Part shown: piece after piece, positions 64,000 to 64,000 of the stretch
How positions within the stretch are numbered: the stretch's first letter is position 1
Layout of the letters: each line of letters starts with the position of its first letter
Assembly (NCBI GenBank): GCA_947627325.1
Contig: CANQVO010000003.1
Coordinates: forward strand, 43,263 to 107,262
Source: an uncultured Oscillospiraceae bacterium
GTDB lineage: Bacteria; Bacillota; Clostridia; Oscillospirales; Oscillospiraceae
Reading direction: 5' to 3'
Length of the DNA: 64,000 nt
Made by a program: the position numbers and the translations under genes
Notes under the pieces: generated by a model
Databases searched by the model: none
What the model saw: only the letters and a program-made list of their open reading frames with translations
Told to the model about the DNA's origin: nothing

Positions 64000-64000
64000 C

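Noticed and set aside
1-64000. CRISPR-like or satellite-like periodicity (a conserved ~30-nt motif recurring every ~150-180 nt)
   Set aside because: The recurring motif is the coding sequence of the RCC1 blade end (WG-x-N-x2-GQLG). Spacing is irregular, most copies are imperfect, everything is in one open frame, and the intervening sequence encodes the rest of each blade. It is not a CRISPR array or a non-coding satellite.
1-64000. Other giant-gene classes (NRPS/PKS megasynthase, RTX or haemagglutinin-type adhesin, Rhs/YD-repeat toxin, cadherin-like repeats)
   Set aside because: I saw none of their hallmarks: no KS/AT/ACP or C/A/T core motifs, no GGxGxD nonapeptide runs and no YD repeats. 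The sequence is dominated by RCC1 blades and Ig-like spacers.
1-64000. Eukaryotic origin (RCC1 is classically eukaryotic)
   Set aside because: There are 64 kb of continuous coding sequence with no intron-like interruptions. Codon usage is uniformly GC3-rich, and the propellers are combined with Big_2-like, InlB-B-repeat-like and BspA-LRR-like elements typical of bacterial surface proteins. A bacterial origin is more likely, although the taxon cannot be proven from this window.
1-64000. Mobile element, prophage or recent tandem-duplication array
   Set aside because: I saw no transposase, integrase or phage-like coding sequence, no terminal inverted repeats and no tRNA. By eye, modules differ extensively at the nucleotide level outside the ~30-nt motif strings, so this is not a recent amplification. 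A dot-plot is needed to confirm.

Overview
The whole 64,000-nt window is the interior of one gene on the + strand. Frame +1 (codons 1-3 ... 63997-63999) has no stop codon in the window. It translates coherently from the first codon (HALALAADGTVYAWGNGTQGQLG...) to the last, with third codon positions almost all G/C. The visible product is at least 21,333 residues, and both the start and the stop lie outside the window. The protein is a beads-on-a-string array of about 27 RCC1-like (regulator of chromosome condensation / ATS1-type) beta-propellers, two of them cut by the window edges. Propellers P2 to P7 have seven blades each where I counted. Most propellers are separated by a 150-300 aa beta-rich spacer that ends in a Big_2-like Ig domain. 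Several non-RCC1 elements are superimposed on this pattern: two long beta-sandwich arrays (3223-6468, 58843-60414); alpha-helical insertions (7021-7731, 34003-34914); a possible BspA-type LRR patch (34915-35409); three Cys4/Cys3His zinc-ribbon-like knuckles (12382-12459, 31591-31659, 39952-40026), two in blade loops and one inside the P5 insertion; large insertions inside propellers P5, P15 and P26; and one acidic E/P/A-rich linker (54697-54786). The supplied ORF track does not list this ORF, because it has no stop in the window. Instead it shows four very large minus-strand ORFs (766, 4,213, 1,051 and 14,408 aa). These are in-register antisense shadow ORFs, broken only where the sense gene uses its four TTA/CTA codons, and they are not genes. 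I can support no RNA genes, CRISPR arrays, mobile elements, promoters or terminators. The domain repertoire and codon usage suggest a high-GC bacterium, weakly a Clostridia-type surface protein. Taxon, secretion signal, anchor and total gene length cannot be determined from this window. All domain coordinates come from hand translation and are approximate (about +/-30-60 nt).
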